A stretch of DNA of 64,000 bases from the human T2T-CHM13v2.0 reference genome, Homo sapiens, in NCBI RefSeq assembly GCF_009914755.1, contig NC_060940.1. One strand, written 5' to 3'. The position numbers and the translations under genes were made by a program. Numbering within the stretch: position 1 is the first letter of the stretch; each line of letters opens with the position of its first letter. Below are positions 45,646 to 64,000 of this stretch, piece after piece. The notes below the pieces were generated by a model. The model saw only the letters and a program-made list of their open reading frames with translations. It was not told where the DNA came from and searched no databases.

Positions 45646-46148
45646 TGGGCTCGAGGATACAAACAGAGGCAGAGCTGAAGGATCTGAGTGCTTTGTATAT
45701 ATCAGGGAAAAATGGGGAATCAGAACTTTGAGGCTGGGCATGGTGGCTCACACCTGTAATCCCAGCACTTTGTGAGGCCGAGGCAGGCGGATCACCTGAG
45801 GTCAGGAGTTCGAGACCAGGATGGCCAACATGGCAAAACCCCCGTATCTACTAAAAATGCAAAAATTAGCTGGGTGTCGTGGTGTGCACCTGTAATCCCA
45901 AGCTACTTGGGAGGCTGAGGCCAGAGAATAGATTGAACCTGGGAGGCGTAGGTTGCAGCAAGCCGAGATTGCACCACCACACTCTAGCCTGGGCGACAGA
46001 GCGAGACTCCGTCTCAAAAAAAAAAAAAAAAAAAAACCCTTTGAGGATTATGTAGCACAGAAGTTGGCAAGCTATAGTCCAGTGGCTCAATCCAGCTATT
46101 TTTGTAACACCCTTGAGTGATGAATGGTTTTACATTTTTAAACATTTT
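45646..46148 (+). repeat. Local duplication copy (Alu-interrupted) of 47665-47855
   Basis: GCTGAAGGATCTGAGTGCTTTG.ATATATCAGGG shared; continues after the Alu with GGATTATGTAG..GGCTCAATCCAGCT. Confidence 0.93.
45732..46036 (+). mobile_element. Alu (AluS-like)
   Basis: Full dimer; TSD remnant CTTTGA. Confidence 0.97.
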
Positions 46149-46436
46149 CCATATATTTTCCCCAAAACAAGGGAAACAGGAAAGGCCAAGAAGGGCCAGT
46201 TTGCAAAGGGACTTGAATGCAGGCTCAGGAGTCTGAAGTTCTTTCTAGAGACCCCTGGGGCCATAAAAGAGCAACAGGACTTGTGCATTTTTCATTTCTT
46301 AAAAACACAAATCTGAGCACATCATTCTTGTGTTTGTTTCCCAATGGCTTCCCGTTGTTTTAAGCATAAAGAATGAACACTAAGAAAATGAGAGATGACC
46401 TTTCATTTTCTTCCTGCTGCCTAGCTGGTCAGCCTA

Positions 46437-47030
<594 letters not shown>

Positions 47031-47664
47031 TTAGTCTGAGTAGATGTTTATCTCCACACTCATGAGACTGTTTTGTATTTGTCCATTTATGCAATTTTCC
47101 TCCCTATCTAGATGAGAGCTCCATTTATTAGCTGCATATTTTATCTCTGAAAATGGTAAATGTCTAATAAACGTTTGTTGAACAAAGAATAAAGAAATGA
47201 TAACTGAGTTGCCGCTGAGAGCTGTGTCTAAAGAAATCCAGACTTCTGTGTAGTTTGGTAGCTGGGTGATTTGTCTTGGAAGGTTTCTGAAGAAAAATAA
47301 GTCCAGCATTAAGACGCCTTATCTTACCTGAGGTAGGTACATACCTTGTAGTGCAGCTGGACATAAACACGGATATAGCAGTAACGGGTTTCATTCTCTT
47401 CCACAAATCACCGGACCAGTTCCCCTCAGAACAGACCAAGAGGCATTACCGTTACTCTGAAACATGACCTCATTTCACTGACTCATGGGCAGAAACCCTG
47501 AGTTGCTGGTCCCTTTCCACCAGTGTCCCTAATCTTCCCTCATATGACAGGAAAAACAATAGCTATCCATAACCCTGATCATTTTCAAGCAAGTTTGCCT
47601 CTGTTAACCATTGAGAACCCCTGAAGAGCTTGTTGTGGCATCTGTCTGTTTTTGTGAACTGGGT

Positions 47665-48290
<626 letters not shown>

Positions 48291-48352
48291 TTATGTAGAA
48301 GGAAAGACAAAGAAGCCCTCAGAGTTGGAATTTGGAGAACAGACATGACTAA

Positions 48353-48957
<605 letters not shown>

Positions 48958-50024
48958 TAGCATAGATTTTAAGTTGCTTACAATGGAGTGTACCCTGTAA
49001 CACATCTCCTCAGCATCCCCCAGAGAACCTGTGTTATGTGCATTGGCCTTGAAGGCTTGTGAGTCAGCGATTCTTTGGTGGAACTCAGCATATGTGTCTG
49101 AAAAGACAGAGCATGTAGAAGAAGAGGCTCGTGAACAAGGAAGCAGCTGTCACCTGGTCACTTACAGCCAGTCAGTTGATCGTCTTCTGGGTCTCAGGTC
49201 AGGTTTGCAAAGGAACAACACGGACCTATCCTCCTTCTCCTCTTCCTCCAGCCTAAATGGACTCCAGCCAGCTGGGTGTCACTGCTGCCATCCTTAGAGA
49301 GGGCTTTTCCCACCTTCACATAATCAGGAGGCTCCTTTCTTCCCGCAGGAGCCCATCAGTCGAAGTGCACGGCTGCTTCTCGCAGAGAGCCTTCTTACCC
49401 ATCAAGGGAAGATAATGCTCTGTGATCATTTTGGTTTTTCCAGGCTTCATGTTCTCTCTCTCCTTTCTGCCCCAGCGGAAAACGTAGGGCTGCTATTTTA
49501 AGACATCCTTTAGTACCAAAATACCACTTTGAGACACTCATGTCTTTCTTTTCAATAATCTCTTTTAAGGTATAAAGAACTTACCAGGAGGGGCACGTGG
49601 TGGCTGCCTATGGGAAGCAAGCTAAACGGCTGCTCAGAGACCTTTCTGGTATTCCTGCTGTGCCAGGACGTCAGTACTTTCCAACTCATGATTCTGAGGC
49701 TGGTGGATCTTCCTTGTCTTCTTCCATCTCTCATCTTCAATGTCCTAGGCTGGGGACTAAGGGAAGGCATAATGGGGAGCCCAGGCTTCATGCAGATGGA
49801 ACACCAGCATGAGAAAGGAAAGGCAGATACTGGCCATGTGGACAAGAAAGCAAGACAGAAGAACAGTCAGTGAAAATACCTTTCCCTACCATGACCAATA
49901 CCATTGAGTCTATAGCTGAAGGTAGCATTAGGGGTGGGTGTCTAGCAATATCATACAAACTAACAGACATTTGGGTGAATAAATCATGAGCAGAGTCCCC
50001 CATAATCTGCCTTTCTAACGATAA

Positions 50025-50265
50025 TTAGTATTTACTGAGTGCTATATGTCACTTAGTAAATGAGGTCCGGTTTTAATCCGTTTACAAGATTCAGTTCATT
50101 TGCTGCTGGCAACGATCCTATAGCATAAGAACCATTGTTCCCCTGTATTTACGAAGAGGAAATTAGAGCTCAGAGAGGGTGAGCCACTTGCCCACTATCA
50201 CACAGCTCATGAGTGGTAGAGCTGGGACTCAGACCCAAGCCTGACCCCAGAACCTGAGCTCATAA
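50025..50265 (-). mobile_element. MIR
   Basis: GAGGAAATTAGAGCTCAGAGAGGGTGAGCCACTTGCCC..TCACACAGCT. Confidence 0.75.
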
Positions 50266-51997
50266 CCTCTCCTTGGATGGGTTCTTCCAAGGAGTCTGCC
50301 TCCAATAAACTGTGTCCCATGCCAGCCAGGCACCAGCATATGCTTTGGAGAAACCAACTCCCGTAGACATCTGTCTAGATGGTGCTGATATTATAAATGG
50401 TACTATGAAAAAATAAGGATAAAGCTTATAAATCAGGCAAAGGGAAGTTATGATTCTTCTGGACACCCTAATCTATCTCCCTATAATTGCCTGTATATGA
50501 AATGCCTGCATGAGGTTATCAGAGTATTCCCTGAGTCGCCTGCGAAGGTAAGACTGCAATTTTAGCGACCCTTGTTACACAAACCAAAGCAATCTGTTCT
50601 ATTTTGACACTATGACACTCCTGGCTTGCAAAAGGGATGGAGGCACGGACGGGCAGGCATTTGTCCACATTCTTGTTCCAAACGAAAGTAAGAAGGGTTA
50701 ACTGTGAGGCATGCTTACTGCAAATGACAGCTCTGGCTTCTAACTATACTAAGCAGTGGCCACCAATCTTGGGGATACTTAAGAGAAAACCACAGCTCCA
50801 TTTCTTTAACCCATCTTTAACCTTTAGTTCTAGAAATCTTAATTAAAAATCAATTCCATTTTTTTTGTAGTAAATCTGACAGTAATTCTATCTCTAATGG
50901 CAGTGGAAAGATAAATAGTATGTCAGGTAAACTCAGCAGGAAAATGACATTTTCATTAGCAATTTACTGGGTAGGAAATTCCCGCCATGATAAAGCATTC
51001 CTGAACAATACTAGGTAACCATTCCCCTAGGGCAGCTGCTAATTAATGGGGGAACACCAGTGGGATTAAATGTCTTCTACCCAAATGATTTGAATCGTCA
51101 CAGCAGTTATTTTGAATGTACCTGCACCGAGAAAATAAGTCGGGCCCCCAAAACAATAAACAAAGTGACATAACAAGACGATTGCAGCCTATTGCAGTCC
51201 AGAAAAATCTAATCTGGTCTCCTAACAGCATTGCAATCTTTATTGTGACTGTATGGGCCCCAATTCATCAGCCCATTTCGGCAAGCTATCCCCACCAATA
51301 ATCATTCACTTTCAGGGTAGCCTCTGAACAGGTATTGACTTTAGAGACTAGCAATTCATCCCGGGCCCTCTATCCCTCCATCGAGATTCTTCGGCAGTCT
51401 TTGAAGCAGACTTGGAAAGAAAAATTTGGTCCTCATGTGCTAGACCCCCAGAGAGCTTCCAGGGATAAAGAAAAAAGAAGACAAGCAAAATTCTCCATTC
51501 AAAAGGAGAATAAAATCCTGGCATCATATTTCATCCCTGCTAAACCTCAATAATGTTCCCAGTGATCAGTCAAATCAAGGTAGAATCATGAAGTATTAGT
51601 AAGAAAAGGGATGTAGGGTTAGAGTATTTACATTTACAGAGGGGCTACTATATGCCCAGGGCTCCAAATAACTTTCTAATTAAAACTTACATCAAGCCCA
51701 TTGCAATGTAGGTATAATTATTAGCTTTCCTTTCAGATAATGATACTGAGCAACGCCCTGGCTGAATGGCGGGGAGGACTGAATGGTGGTGATGGCCAAG
51801 AGCAAAGCGAAACAGCATTTCCAACAGGAAGGATGTGGACAGGATTATAGACCCTGGTCAGAGCACCGTGATGAGGAATCCTACTTGGCTTGGGGTGCTG
51901 ATGTCCACAGACCGATAGGGGAGAGACTTTATGCTGTGTATCTCAGATAAGGCAAAGGGAAGATGTAATTAGATTTTACTATGGAGTCATAATTTCA

Positions 51998-53492
<1,495 letters not shown>

Positions 53493-53803
53493 AAATATTT
53501 AGAAAAATGTGTCCAAAGTGCTATGTGTATGTGAGGGGGAGGGAGGGGAATAAAAATGAGTAAGATAGATTTCAGTGGTCAAGCCCTTTACCATTTTGTA
53601 GGGAAGATAAAGCCAATATATGTAAATTATACATCACAAGAAAGAGCTTGTTTCAAGGGGATATAGAACCCCAGGATTTCAAAGGCTGTGATACTGGCTG
53701 GTCACCAGGGAAGTTTCTGGTGGTATTAACTTTGTGTGGTGATTACAGAATGGTGAGGGTTTGAAATAGGGAGAATAGTTCCAGTCACAGAATGGTGTCA
53801 TCA

Positions 53804-54109
<306 letters not shown>

Positions 54110-54705
54110 GAATGGTGTCACCAAACATTTAGAGGCTGACAAGTATGAGGTATGCATAGAGATGATCAAACTTACCCCTAAATATCTCTTGCATCTATTT
54201 CTCCCCAGCTTTCTCACTGCCAGCCCAGTCTAATGTCTCTCTCAAACTTCTGGGACATCCACGCTTGCTCTATGCCAATCCAATTTCCACTTGTCAACCA
54301 GAGGGATATTTGGCAAATGCAAATTTGGTGAGAATTATGCCCCCCCTGCTTCTCAGTGAGTTTCCCATTGCTCTGATGATCAAGATTAAAATTATTTTCC
54401 AGCATCCTCCCTTCTTTGTCACGCCAGCCCATCTGCTCTTCTCTAAGTTCTACAAATTCTGCAAAGCTTCAGATTCACCATGGAGACTGCCAGAAATGCT
54501 CCTCCCATCCCTGGTCCCTTTGCAGTGTGATTTGTTGGTGCCCTTCTTGCAGATACCCCCATAGGGAAGGCGATTTCACCTAGGGAAGTTCAAATTTCCT
54601 TGTGAAGCACGCATACTGTCACACTGTATTTTTCTTTATTGCTTTTATTTCAGTCAGTGAATAAATATTTGTGTGATTATTTCATTATGATGCTTTCCTC
54701 TACAA

Positions 54706-55261
<556 letters not shown>

Positions 55262-56049
55262 ACTGCTGTATAATGTATACTATAAAGTCCATGAGGAAAG
55301 AAATCAGTCCAAAGCCTGATAAACGTAGGCCTGAGGCTCTCAACTCCAGCTGCACTGTAGAATCACAAGAGAACTTTAAAAACATTCTGCTGCATGGTCT
55401 GACCCTCTATCAAATAAATAGGAATCTCTGAGAAAGATGGAGAGGGGAGATTGAAGCCCAGGCGTCCAAAGGAAAAACAAACAAAGCAGAAAACTTCCTA
55501 AGTACATCTCTTGTGCAGCTAGGGTTGGTAATCTCAGAAGCAGGCATCCATGGTTGGAAGCTTTGTTGAATGAATATAAGGGAGGGATGGAGAGAGTGAG
55601 GGGGTGAGATGAGAAAGGAGGAGATGCAGGGAAGAAAGGCAAAAAGGGGAAGAAGGGAGAGAAAGAAGGAGGAAAGAAAAGGAATTGAAGCCAAAGAAGG
55701 GAAAACCAATGTTTCTCATTAGACGAGGACTCACAAAAAGAACCTGGTTATGAAAGCTGGAGGCCTAAGTTGCGAGCACATTTGAAGAGCTTTGAATATC
55801 ATTTTGTTGTAGCTGGGGTAAGCAATGCAAAGCCAACAAAAATTTCAGAGCAAGGATGCTTCAAGTTCCAAGCAGTGTTTTAAGAAGTCGAGTGTGTTAC
55901 ACCCAGCACAAAATAAACCAGGGTGGAAAGACCCGGGAATAAACTGCATTATATGAAATAATTGAGAGTGGTGAGAATAAAAGTGAAACAACAAACACCA
56001 AAGATTCCCTACAGCAAGATAACCTGGTGATTATACTCCCTGACAAGTG

Positions 56050-56620
56050 CAGAGACTGCCTTTTGGGGACACAGCCTTGTCCCTGTCATTCTTAGTTTAG
56101 TAACTAAGGCAGACAGTGAAAAACAGTTACTAATGTCGTATCAGTAAGGAAGAAGCAGAAGGTTCCACGGGCTGGAGCAGGTGCCTCCCCTGATCTCAGG
56201 CTTCAGAAAACACTTCTCAGAGGGAAGCAGCTATAAGTTAGCATACCTCCCAGCGGGGAGGGGGTGGGCTGGAAGAGTGAGGGAGGGAGGTACGGGAACT
56301 AGGAAAAGAGAACTGGATAGGGGAGGGTCAAGAGCAAAGTGAAACAGTGACAGATGAGCAAGAGAAGCCCAGGAGGATGGTGGAGTGCCTCGTAAGCCCT
56401 ATTCAGGATTCTAGACTTTCCGCTAAGAGTCGAAATAACCCACAGAGAGAAGGGTTTTAAGCAAAGTAGAAGCATCATCCAGATTTGCATTTTTTTCAGA
56501 TCTCCTTTTTGCTGTGAAATATAAAACAGAAACGTGGATGAAGAGAGAAGCTGGCAAAATGTTTCCAAGGCTTTAACGCCACCTGAGTTGGAAAGAGAAA
56601 TGTGACATGAGCAGCAATGC
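56050..56620 (-). mobile_element. L2 fragment
   Basis: AGAAGGGTTTTAAGCA..CATCCAGATTTGCATTTT..GCTGTG. Confidence 0.55.
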
Positions 56621-56904
56621 AGAGAGGCAGCCAGTGACCAGAGTTAGGGACAAGAAGGCTTTGAACATTTTCTCCCATTTTACAAAAGCGTTTACTTTCT
56701 GGGCACAAGGTCCCCATGTTGGGAAGAGAGTGGAAAGAGCTGTGCATCATTCCAGGCCCTGCATATTGTGCATGGATCCCTGCCTGCCTGCAGGTGCCTG
56801 TGCTTCAGTAAGGAGAACCTGGGTAAATCAATCAGGACTCCTTTAAACTCTAGGAAGTCAAGAAATTCTCCTAGTTGGTCTCTGTGTCCCTGAAGAAACT
56901 CAAC

Positions 56905-57095
56905 AAGAAAAGAACACGGGCTGTGTAGCCAGTCTAATCTGACTTCCAATCCTTTCCCAACCACTGACCAGCTAGATAATTTCCCTAACAACTCTGAGCC
57001 TCAGTTTCCTCCTTTACAAAACGGCAATGCCACTATCTCCCTATGTGTTTGTGATAATCAAGTAACAAACAATACTTGGATAGTGCCTAGAAAAG
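56905..57095 (+). mobile_element. MIR
   Basis: CTCTGAGCCTCAGTTTCCTCCTTTACAAAA. Confidence 0.7.
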
Positions 57096-57106
57096 TGGTT
57101 GGCCAT

Positions 57107-57470
57107 TGTATTCATCCGTTTTCACACTGCTATAAATACCCTAGGCTGGGAAATTTATAAGAAAAGAGGTTTAAATTCACTCATAGTTCCACATGGCTGG
57201 GGAGGCCACAGGAAACTTACAATCATGGTGGAAGGTGATGGAGAAGCAAGGACGTTCTTCACATGGAGGCAGGAGAGAGTGTGAGCAAGAGCAGGGAAAA
57301 CTGCCTTATAAAACCATCAGATCTCAAGGGAACTCACCCACTATCATGAGAATAGCATAGGGGAAACTGCCCCTGTGATCCAATCACGTTCCATCAAGTC
57401 TTTCCCTAAACACCTGGGGATTACAATTTAAGATGAGATTTGGGTGAGGACACAAAGCCTAACCATATCA
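57107..57470 (-). mobile_element. THE1D/MST-like MaLR solo LTR
   Basis: TGTATT..CCGTTTTCACACTGCTATAAA..GGAAACTTACAATCATGG..CCTAACCATATCA. Confidence 0.92.
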
Positions 57471-57999
57471 GCAGTAAATAAGGACTGGTGTTCTCCCTTT
57501 GAATGAAGGTATCTAAACTATGTAGATTAATCACCAGCTTAAGCTATTTGCTGCTACAAAAAAACTGCACCATGAACAGCCATGTCCACGATGTAGCATT
57601 AATTCAAAATGGTGCATGTGGGGAAGGTTTAGTGGAAAGGCTCTCCCATTTGCTTATGATGGATGTTTATAGGATACAGAAAAAAATGCAGGACTCCAGG
57701 CAATAGAAATATTTGAATAACAGCACAGCCGGAACATTTGTAGCAGGTCAATAGACTGCTCCTCTCTCCAGTAAATTCCCCATCTTGAGCTTCTATAATA
57801 TTGGCATCTTTGTTATGAAGCAACTTCTGATCTATTTTTCTTCTGGAGGTATAGTGAATGCATTTGAAGGAGAATGGTGCTTTATTACAGACCAAGGGCC
57901 TTGTGTTTATGATTTATAATATTGTGGTGTTTGCCTGCCTAATATCGCCTAAAGAAGTGACAAATCATGCAAAAGAAATTAACTTGCCCTGACTCCGGG

Positions 58000-58630
58000 T
58001 CTGTTTGTTTAGCCAGGACTCTTCAGATTGCAAGCGACAGGCAAATTAAAATAGCTAAGGAAAAAGAGAATTGTAAGGGCATGGAGGAATCTCATGCAAG
58101 AATGGAATGACCAAACCAAAAAAGGGCAGGAATGCAGGTGGGGCTCAGGAACTATAAAACCACAGACTCAGACATACTGGCATTCTTTTCCATTTCTTGT
58201 AGCAATTGTCTGTTTCTTTCTTTTTTTAAAAAAAAAATCTCTCTCATTACAAATGGTCTTTGGCTATACAGAAGAAAAAAAAGTGTCTCTTCTGATCTCA
58301 GTAGCTTCTGAGTTTTCTATTTATGATGTCAGTCCTCAGAGGGATATTGAGTTTACTCCCTTGATGCTTAGCCCAGAAGTCCTGATGGAGGGACTTGTTG
58401 GCTTAGCTTGGGTCAGGTGCCCATTCTTGGGCCATTCAGCTGTTTCCAGTGCAGCGTGGTGACCCATTCTGGGTCAGATACCTACTCATGGACCAATTGA
58501 CATTGGCTAGAGATGTAGACTACTTGAGAAAATGGTCCCTCAAAAGAAAACCAAACAGATTTGCAGGTGGAGGAGGAATTTCCAGAAAAAGAGCCAGGTT
58601 GGAGAGACAAAACAATGGGTGAATGCTACA
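58000..58630 (-). mobile_element. Old MaLR LTR (MLT1K/L-like)
   Basis: CAGGACTCTTCAGATTGCAAGCGACAG..TTGGGTCAGGTGCCCA. Confidence 0.55.
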
Positions 58631-58794
58631 CCTCTCTCCTGGGGGTGGTCACAGGAGGACTCTCTGGTCTTGAATTTTACTCACTTATTCTTCTCCTCCT
58701 TATTCATTCATTCATTCAAATACTTACTGAAGTACTTCCTGCCGTTTTCTGAGTTTAGTGTGAATCAAAGTTCTCCCCTCCTACTGCTGACACA

Positions 58795-59123
<329 letters not shown>

Positions 59124-60188
59124 TAAAGCACAGACACATCCACTCATAGTCTTCCATCAACGCCTTGGCCGGAGAGGTGCTCAGTCCCACTTAATAGTGG
59201 GCAGGAGCTTGCAGACCACTTCACACTAATGATTCCTCCTGCTCAGAGATCTATTCTCCTTGAAATATTCAGCAATGCACAGACAAATTGCAGACAGATC
59301 ATCCCAATCTCTCAATAGTGACACACATACACACATGCACATATATGTGCAATTGCACGTGCGTGCACACACACACACACAGAGGCCAGAATCTCTACTA
59401 GATATTGAGAAAACACTTGCTTTTCTCCTGCAGAATAAAACATTTAGCTGACCAAGGTCACTTTTGTATTGTATTGACGGGCCTGCAAATGGAGACGTAC
59501 GGTATTAGGAAACCTCAAATCTGGTATAAATTTATGGGTCTTCCTTGAACAGAGTTATCTCTTCTTTGTCCTTGAACTTTTTTCATTTGAAAAGTGAAGA
59601 GCCTGAATATGAGCTAGATCCTCGCAACCAGTTTTGGAAGGGAAACACCAGGTCCTAAATTGTCAAAACTGAGGCCTCATCGAGGACTCTTTCTCTGACA
59701 TTCCAGGTTGTATCTAATGACCAAATTCTTTTCTTTTCTGTAGTAGTTCCGGGTCGTAAGCATCTTTGCTTACAGGTAAGCTCCCAGTTACCCTGTAACA
59801 TCTAGAAAGCAGACACCAGGGCTTATTCTTCATATTACAGATGCCCAGCACAGAACCTGGTATATAACAGACACTTGGTAAATGTTTGTTAAATAAATGG
59901 ACTGATGAAAGACACATTGTGTGGGCCAACCTCACTTGTCCACGGAGGGATCCTCCTCTCAGCAAATAGTGGCTACAATGACTTTCGCATTGTGAGTCTG
60001 AAGAACAGAGAGCTCAGGCTGTCAGGTCCCACAAAGGCCACCAGAATTCACATCTCCTTTGACGTTCTCCAGAGCTGGGTCACAGAGTCTCCTGGTCCAC
60101 CAAGGATAGCAGAAGCTCAAGAACAGCACACTCAACCCAGTAATACAGAGAGTAGCGCAGGCTCTTCACAGGCATTTAAAAAAATCTT

Positions 60189-60491
<303 letters not shown>

Positions 60492-60552
60492 CTACTGAGC
60501 CCTTATGGTGCACCAGGCACCATCTAAGAGCTTTGGAAACATTTTCTAAACT

Positions 60553-60770
60553 AGTAGTTCTCAATCAGGGCTGATTTTGCCCCCTAGGAAATATTTGACA
60601 ATGTCTAGACACTATTTTGATTGTCATCCTGGAAGGGGTTTGCTGCTGGTATCTAGGTGGGGAGGGTAGAGGCCAAGGATTCCAGTAAACATCCCATAAT
60701 ACACAGGACAGCCCCCAACAACAAATAATGGTCCAGCCCCAAATGTCAAAAGTGCCAAGGTTGAGAAATC
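60553..60770 (+). mobile_element. MER20
   Basis: AGTAGTTCTCAA..GATTTTGCCCCC..GCCCCAAATGTCAA..GCCAAGGTTGAGAAA. Confidence 0.88.
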
Positions 60771-60804
60771 TAAGATAATCCCTTCCACAACCCTATTCTT
60801 ACTA

Positions 60805-61265
60805 TAATGTTTACCTTAGTAGAATTCAGGCTCTTCTCAACCTCCTCACCTGGTGGTCTTTCATTAGCTTTACAAAGATGATTTATTTTGGGGGAAAGGG
60901 CTATTATCATTTTAACTATAGACTCAATGTCTCCCAAGCTTAGCTTGGTCCAAGCCCAGGAATTATTAAAGGCAGTTGGGAGGTTAAAGGCAACATGAAG
61001 TTTGGTTAGGTCAGATCTCTTTCATTGCCATAACTTTCTCACCATTATAATTTTTGCAAAGGCAGTTTCAACTCCACAGCACAGAAACACCTTTATCAGG
61101 ACCCTTGCAAACCTTGCCCCTCTACCTATCACTTCATCCAGTTGTTCATTTGTATCCTTTATAATAAGACAGTAATTATAAGTATGGTACTTTCTGAGTT
61201 CTGCCAGTTATTCTAGTGTGGGGGCCGTAAGTTCTTGGTTCCCTAAAGGTTCACTGAAAAATCAT
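60805..61265 (-). repeat. Inverted duplicate of the MER39-like/MER21-like/LTR8-like junction at 63735-64000+
   Basis: Reverse complement matches 63735-64000, including CCTGATAAAGGTGTTTCTGTGCTGTGGAGTTGAAACTGCCTTTGCAAAAATTATAATGGTGAGAAA. Confidence 0.95.
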
Positions 61266-62990
61266 TTTATGCAGGAGATGAGAGAGGAGAAATGGGTCAT
61301 GAAACGTGTCAGCAGTAGGAGGGGAAGTACATTTCCTGATTTTCCAGGAGCAGAAACTGAGGAATATGGAATTTGCCCAAGTAGCAGAGCTGGAATTTGA
61401 ACCCTCAGTCTTTCGGGTCTAACCCCTAGGCGTTCACCCTCTATTCTATCACTCCTGGCAGGTCTTGCCTATAAGGTTGAACTAAATGGAGAAGTTCATG
61501 GTAACAATCCTAAACCTACTTAATATGCTGGGACTTGACAATTTCCAGTTGCCTCCACGTCAGATTTTACCTAGTTTCATGTGAGAAACTAAAGATGTTA
61601 CTTGGGCCAGAGCTGGAAGTATCTTATATTGAATCCAGTTTGCCCTATTGAAACATAATAACTTTTAAAGTAATCTAGTCTCTTCATTACCGTGTTCCAT
61701 CCAGTTGTCGAAATCTCTTTTGAGTTGGTAGTTAAAAGGCCCAGCTACACATTCGTAACATCATTGTTGCTGGCTAAAATGCTTAGCAACAACACAAACA
61801 TCACTCAGAAGCAAATTATCAGATGTACCGACAAGATGCTCCTCAATTTAATAGCGTGGTAAATGATGGCTGGGAGATGTTCTTTGAAGCTGTGAAGGCA
61901 AATGTGAAAGCTAATTCAATTCTCAAATGAATAAAAGTGAGAAAGTGTTCTTATAAACCTGATATTACCAGAGATAGGGCTTGAGCATCCTGCTGCCTTG
62001 TGTGGGAGAAGAGAGAGGAGTGGGAATTTATTTTATTTCTGATAGTAAAGAGCTGGGCTGTGCGACCACACGTTTGACCTTGGATCCCGGGCTGGGAACT
62101 TTTGCAAGCGTGAGGGCTCCTTTCCAACTGAGCTAACAGGCATGCTGACTAAATCGCTGGTTCCCCTTGTAGCTGCTTGAGGGAGTGAGGGGTCTCTAAA
62201 GAGACCTTCAGGGCTTTGGGGAAATCTGATCTCTATTAGATTTTGGGAACACAGAAGATAATTTTCTGAGAGGAGAGGGGATCTCATATCACCTGGGTCA
62301 GTGGCTTTCCAATCGCTAATAGGGCCCTAGGTCTTCACAAAGGTAACTCAGAGGAAGGAGAAGGAAGGCTTGAAAGGGATTCACGGCCTGAAATTTGCTA
62401 TCATTTATTATATATATCAGGTTTAGGGGTAAGATATTATTAACATTAATATTAAGATATAACAAAGGCTTCTACTGCTAAAAATCATGAATGCCACTAA
62501 TCTACTCACTTAGACGAGAAAAGCTGGGCTCCATGGAGATGTCCCCAAGGCCACACAACCAGCTAAGGGTCACAACCCAATACCAACCGGGTGCCCAAGA
62601 ATTCATTTCATTTCTGACACTAATTACCTGAAATTAATGTCCAACTTCACACGTTAGGGGGCTCAGCACCACAAACCTGCCTGCACTTCAGATGCTGCCG
62701 CAAGCCCCAGGGGCCATCTACACTTCTGCTTGGCCAATGCGGCCATAAATTTGGGGATTCCCATGACCCCCTTTCAGGTTCACAATTTGCTACTGAAGCA
62801 AATTAAAATATTTTACCCTGAAATATATTTCTCTGACATATTTTGAAATGGCTTTCTCAGAGCTAGCAGATTGAGGTGGGGGTAAATTTGCATCTGTAGA
62901 GAATCTCCATTAATGTAGCCAGGTCTTTTCTATACCTTTCCAAGATGTAGGAGAGACTGAGTCTGACACCTTTAAAAGACTAGAAAGGCT

Positions 62991-63440
<450 letters not shown>

Positions 63441-63919
63441 TAACTTGAAAAAAAAGTCAAAAAAGAAATTTTTACTATCTATTCTCTTGGAGGGAGGCCT
63501 CCTCCACATAACAAGGCCACCTTTGCTAGCCAAGCCTCTTCCTCTCTTCCTCCCGTAAACCTGTCTTGCCACTAAGCCTGTTTTTGGCCATGCTCTAAGT
63601 CCACACTCTTTCTGTAATCTCAAGCTTCTGTAACTTATTGTTGGGTTAGGTCTTCATTCTGAAGGCTCCTGTGTATACACATTAAGCACATCTGTATGCC
63701 TTTTCTCCTGTTAATCAATCTGTCTCATGTCAGTGATTTTTCAGTGAACCTTTAGGGGCCAAGAGCTTATGGTCCCCACACTAGAATAGCTGGTAGAACT
63801 CAGAACGTGCTATACTTACAATTGCTCTTTTATTATCAAGAATACAAACCGGGTGAAGTAATATATAGGGTGGCAAGGTTTGGAAGGCTCCTGATAAAGG
63901 TGTTTCTGTGCTGTGGAGT

Positions 63920-64000
63920 TGAAACTGCCTTTGCAAAAATTATAATGGTGAGAAAATTATGACAGTAAAAGAGATCTGACCTAATCAACCTTCATGTTGC
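63920..64000 (+). mobile_element. LTR8-like ERV1 LTR 5' end (continues beyond window)
   Basis: TGAAACTGCCTTTGCAAAAATTATAA..GAGATCTGACCTAA. Confidence 0.8.

Noticed and set aside
49331-49480. Three successive plus-strand splice-acceptor-like sites
   Set aside because: No convincing downstream donor or coding frame; cannot be supported without RNA data
62662-62682. REST/NRSE site (TCAGCACCAC...)
   Set aside because: Right half lacks the required GGACAG

Overview
Primate (most likely human-like) non-coding genomic DNA, either intronic or intergenic. I could not identify the locus. It is dominated by interspersed repeats: about 30 Alu copies or fragments, L1 and L2 fragments, many MIRs, MaLR/ERV1/ERVL solo LTRs (including three MER41-family LTRs within 2.4 kb) and hAT/mariner MITEs (Charlie4a, MER5A, MER20, MER58, MER102, MADE1). 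No protein-coding exon, RNA gene, CpG island or CRISPR array can be supported; the listed ORFs come from Alu, LTR or low-complexity sequence. The most unusual structure is a set of three old local duplications that ordinary transposition does not explain. (1) A ~207-bp direct repeat abuts both termini of a MER41A LTR in place of a 4-bp TSD. (2) A ~200-bp direct copy of a segment ~1.5 kb downstream was inserted into an L2 and later hit by an Alu. (3) A ~460-bp inverted copy of a three-element LTR junction ~2.5 kb downstream was inserted into a MIR. There is also deep element nesting (Alu in MADE1 in LTR; MER41A in antisense MER41; Alu in Alu) and a trimeric AluJ. Subfamily names come from recalled consensus sequences and need RepeatMasker/Dfam confirmation; boundaries of old repeats are approximate.
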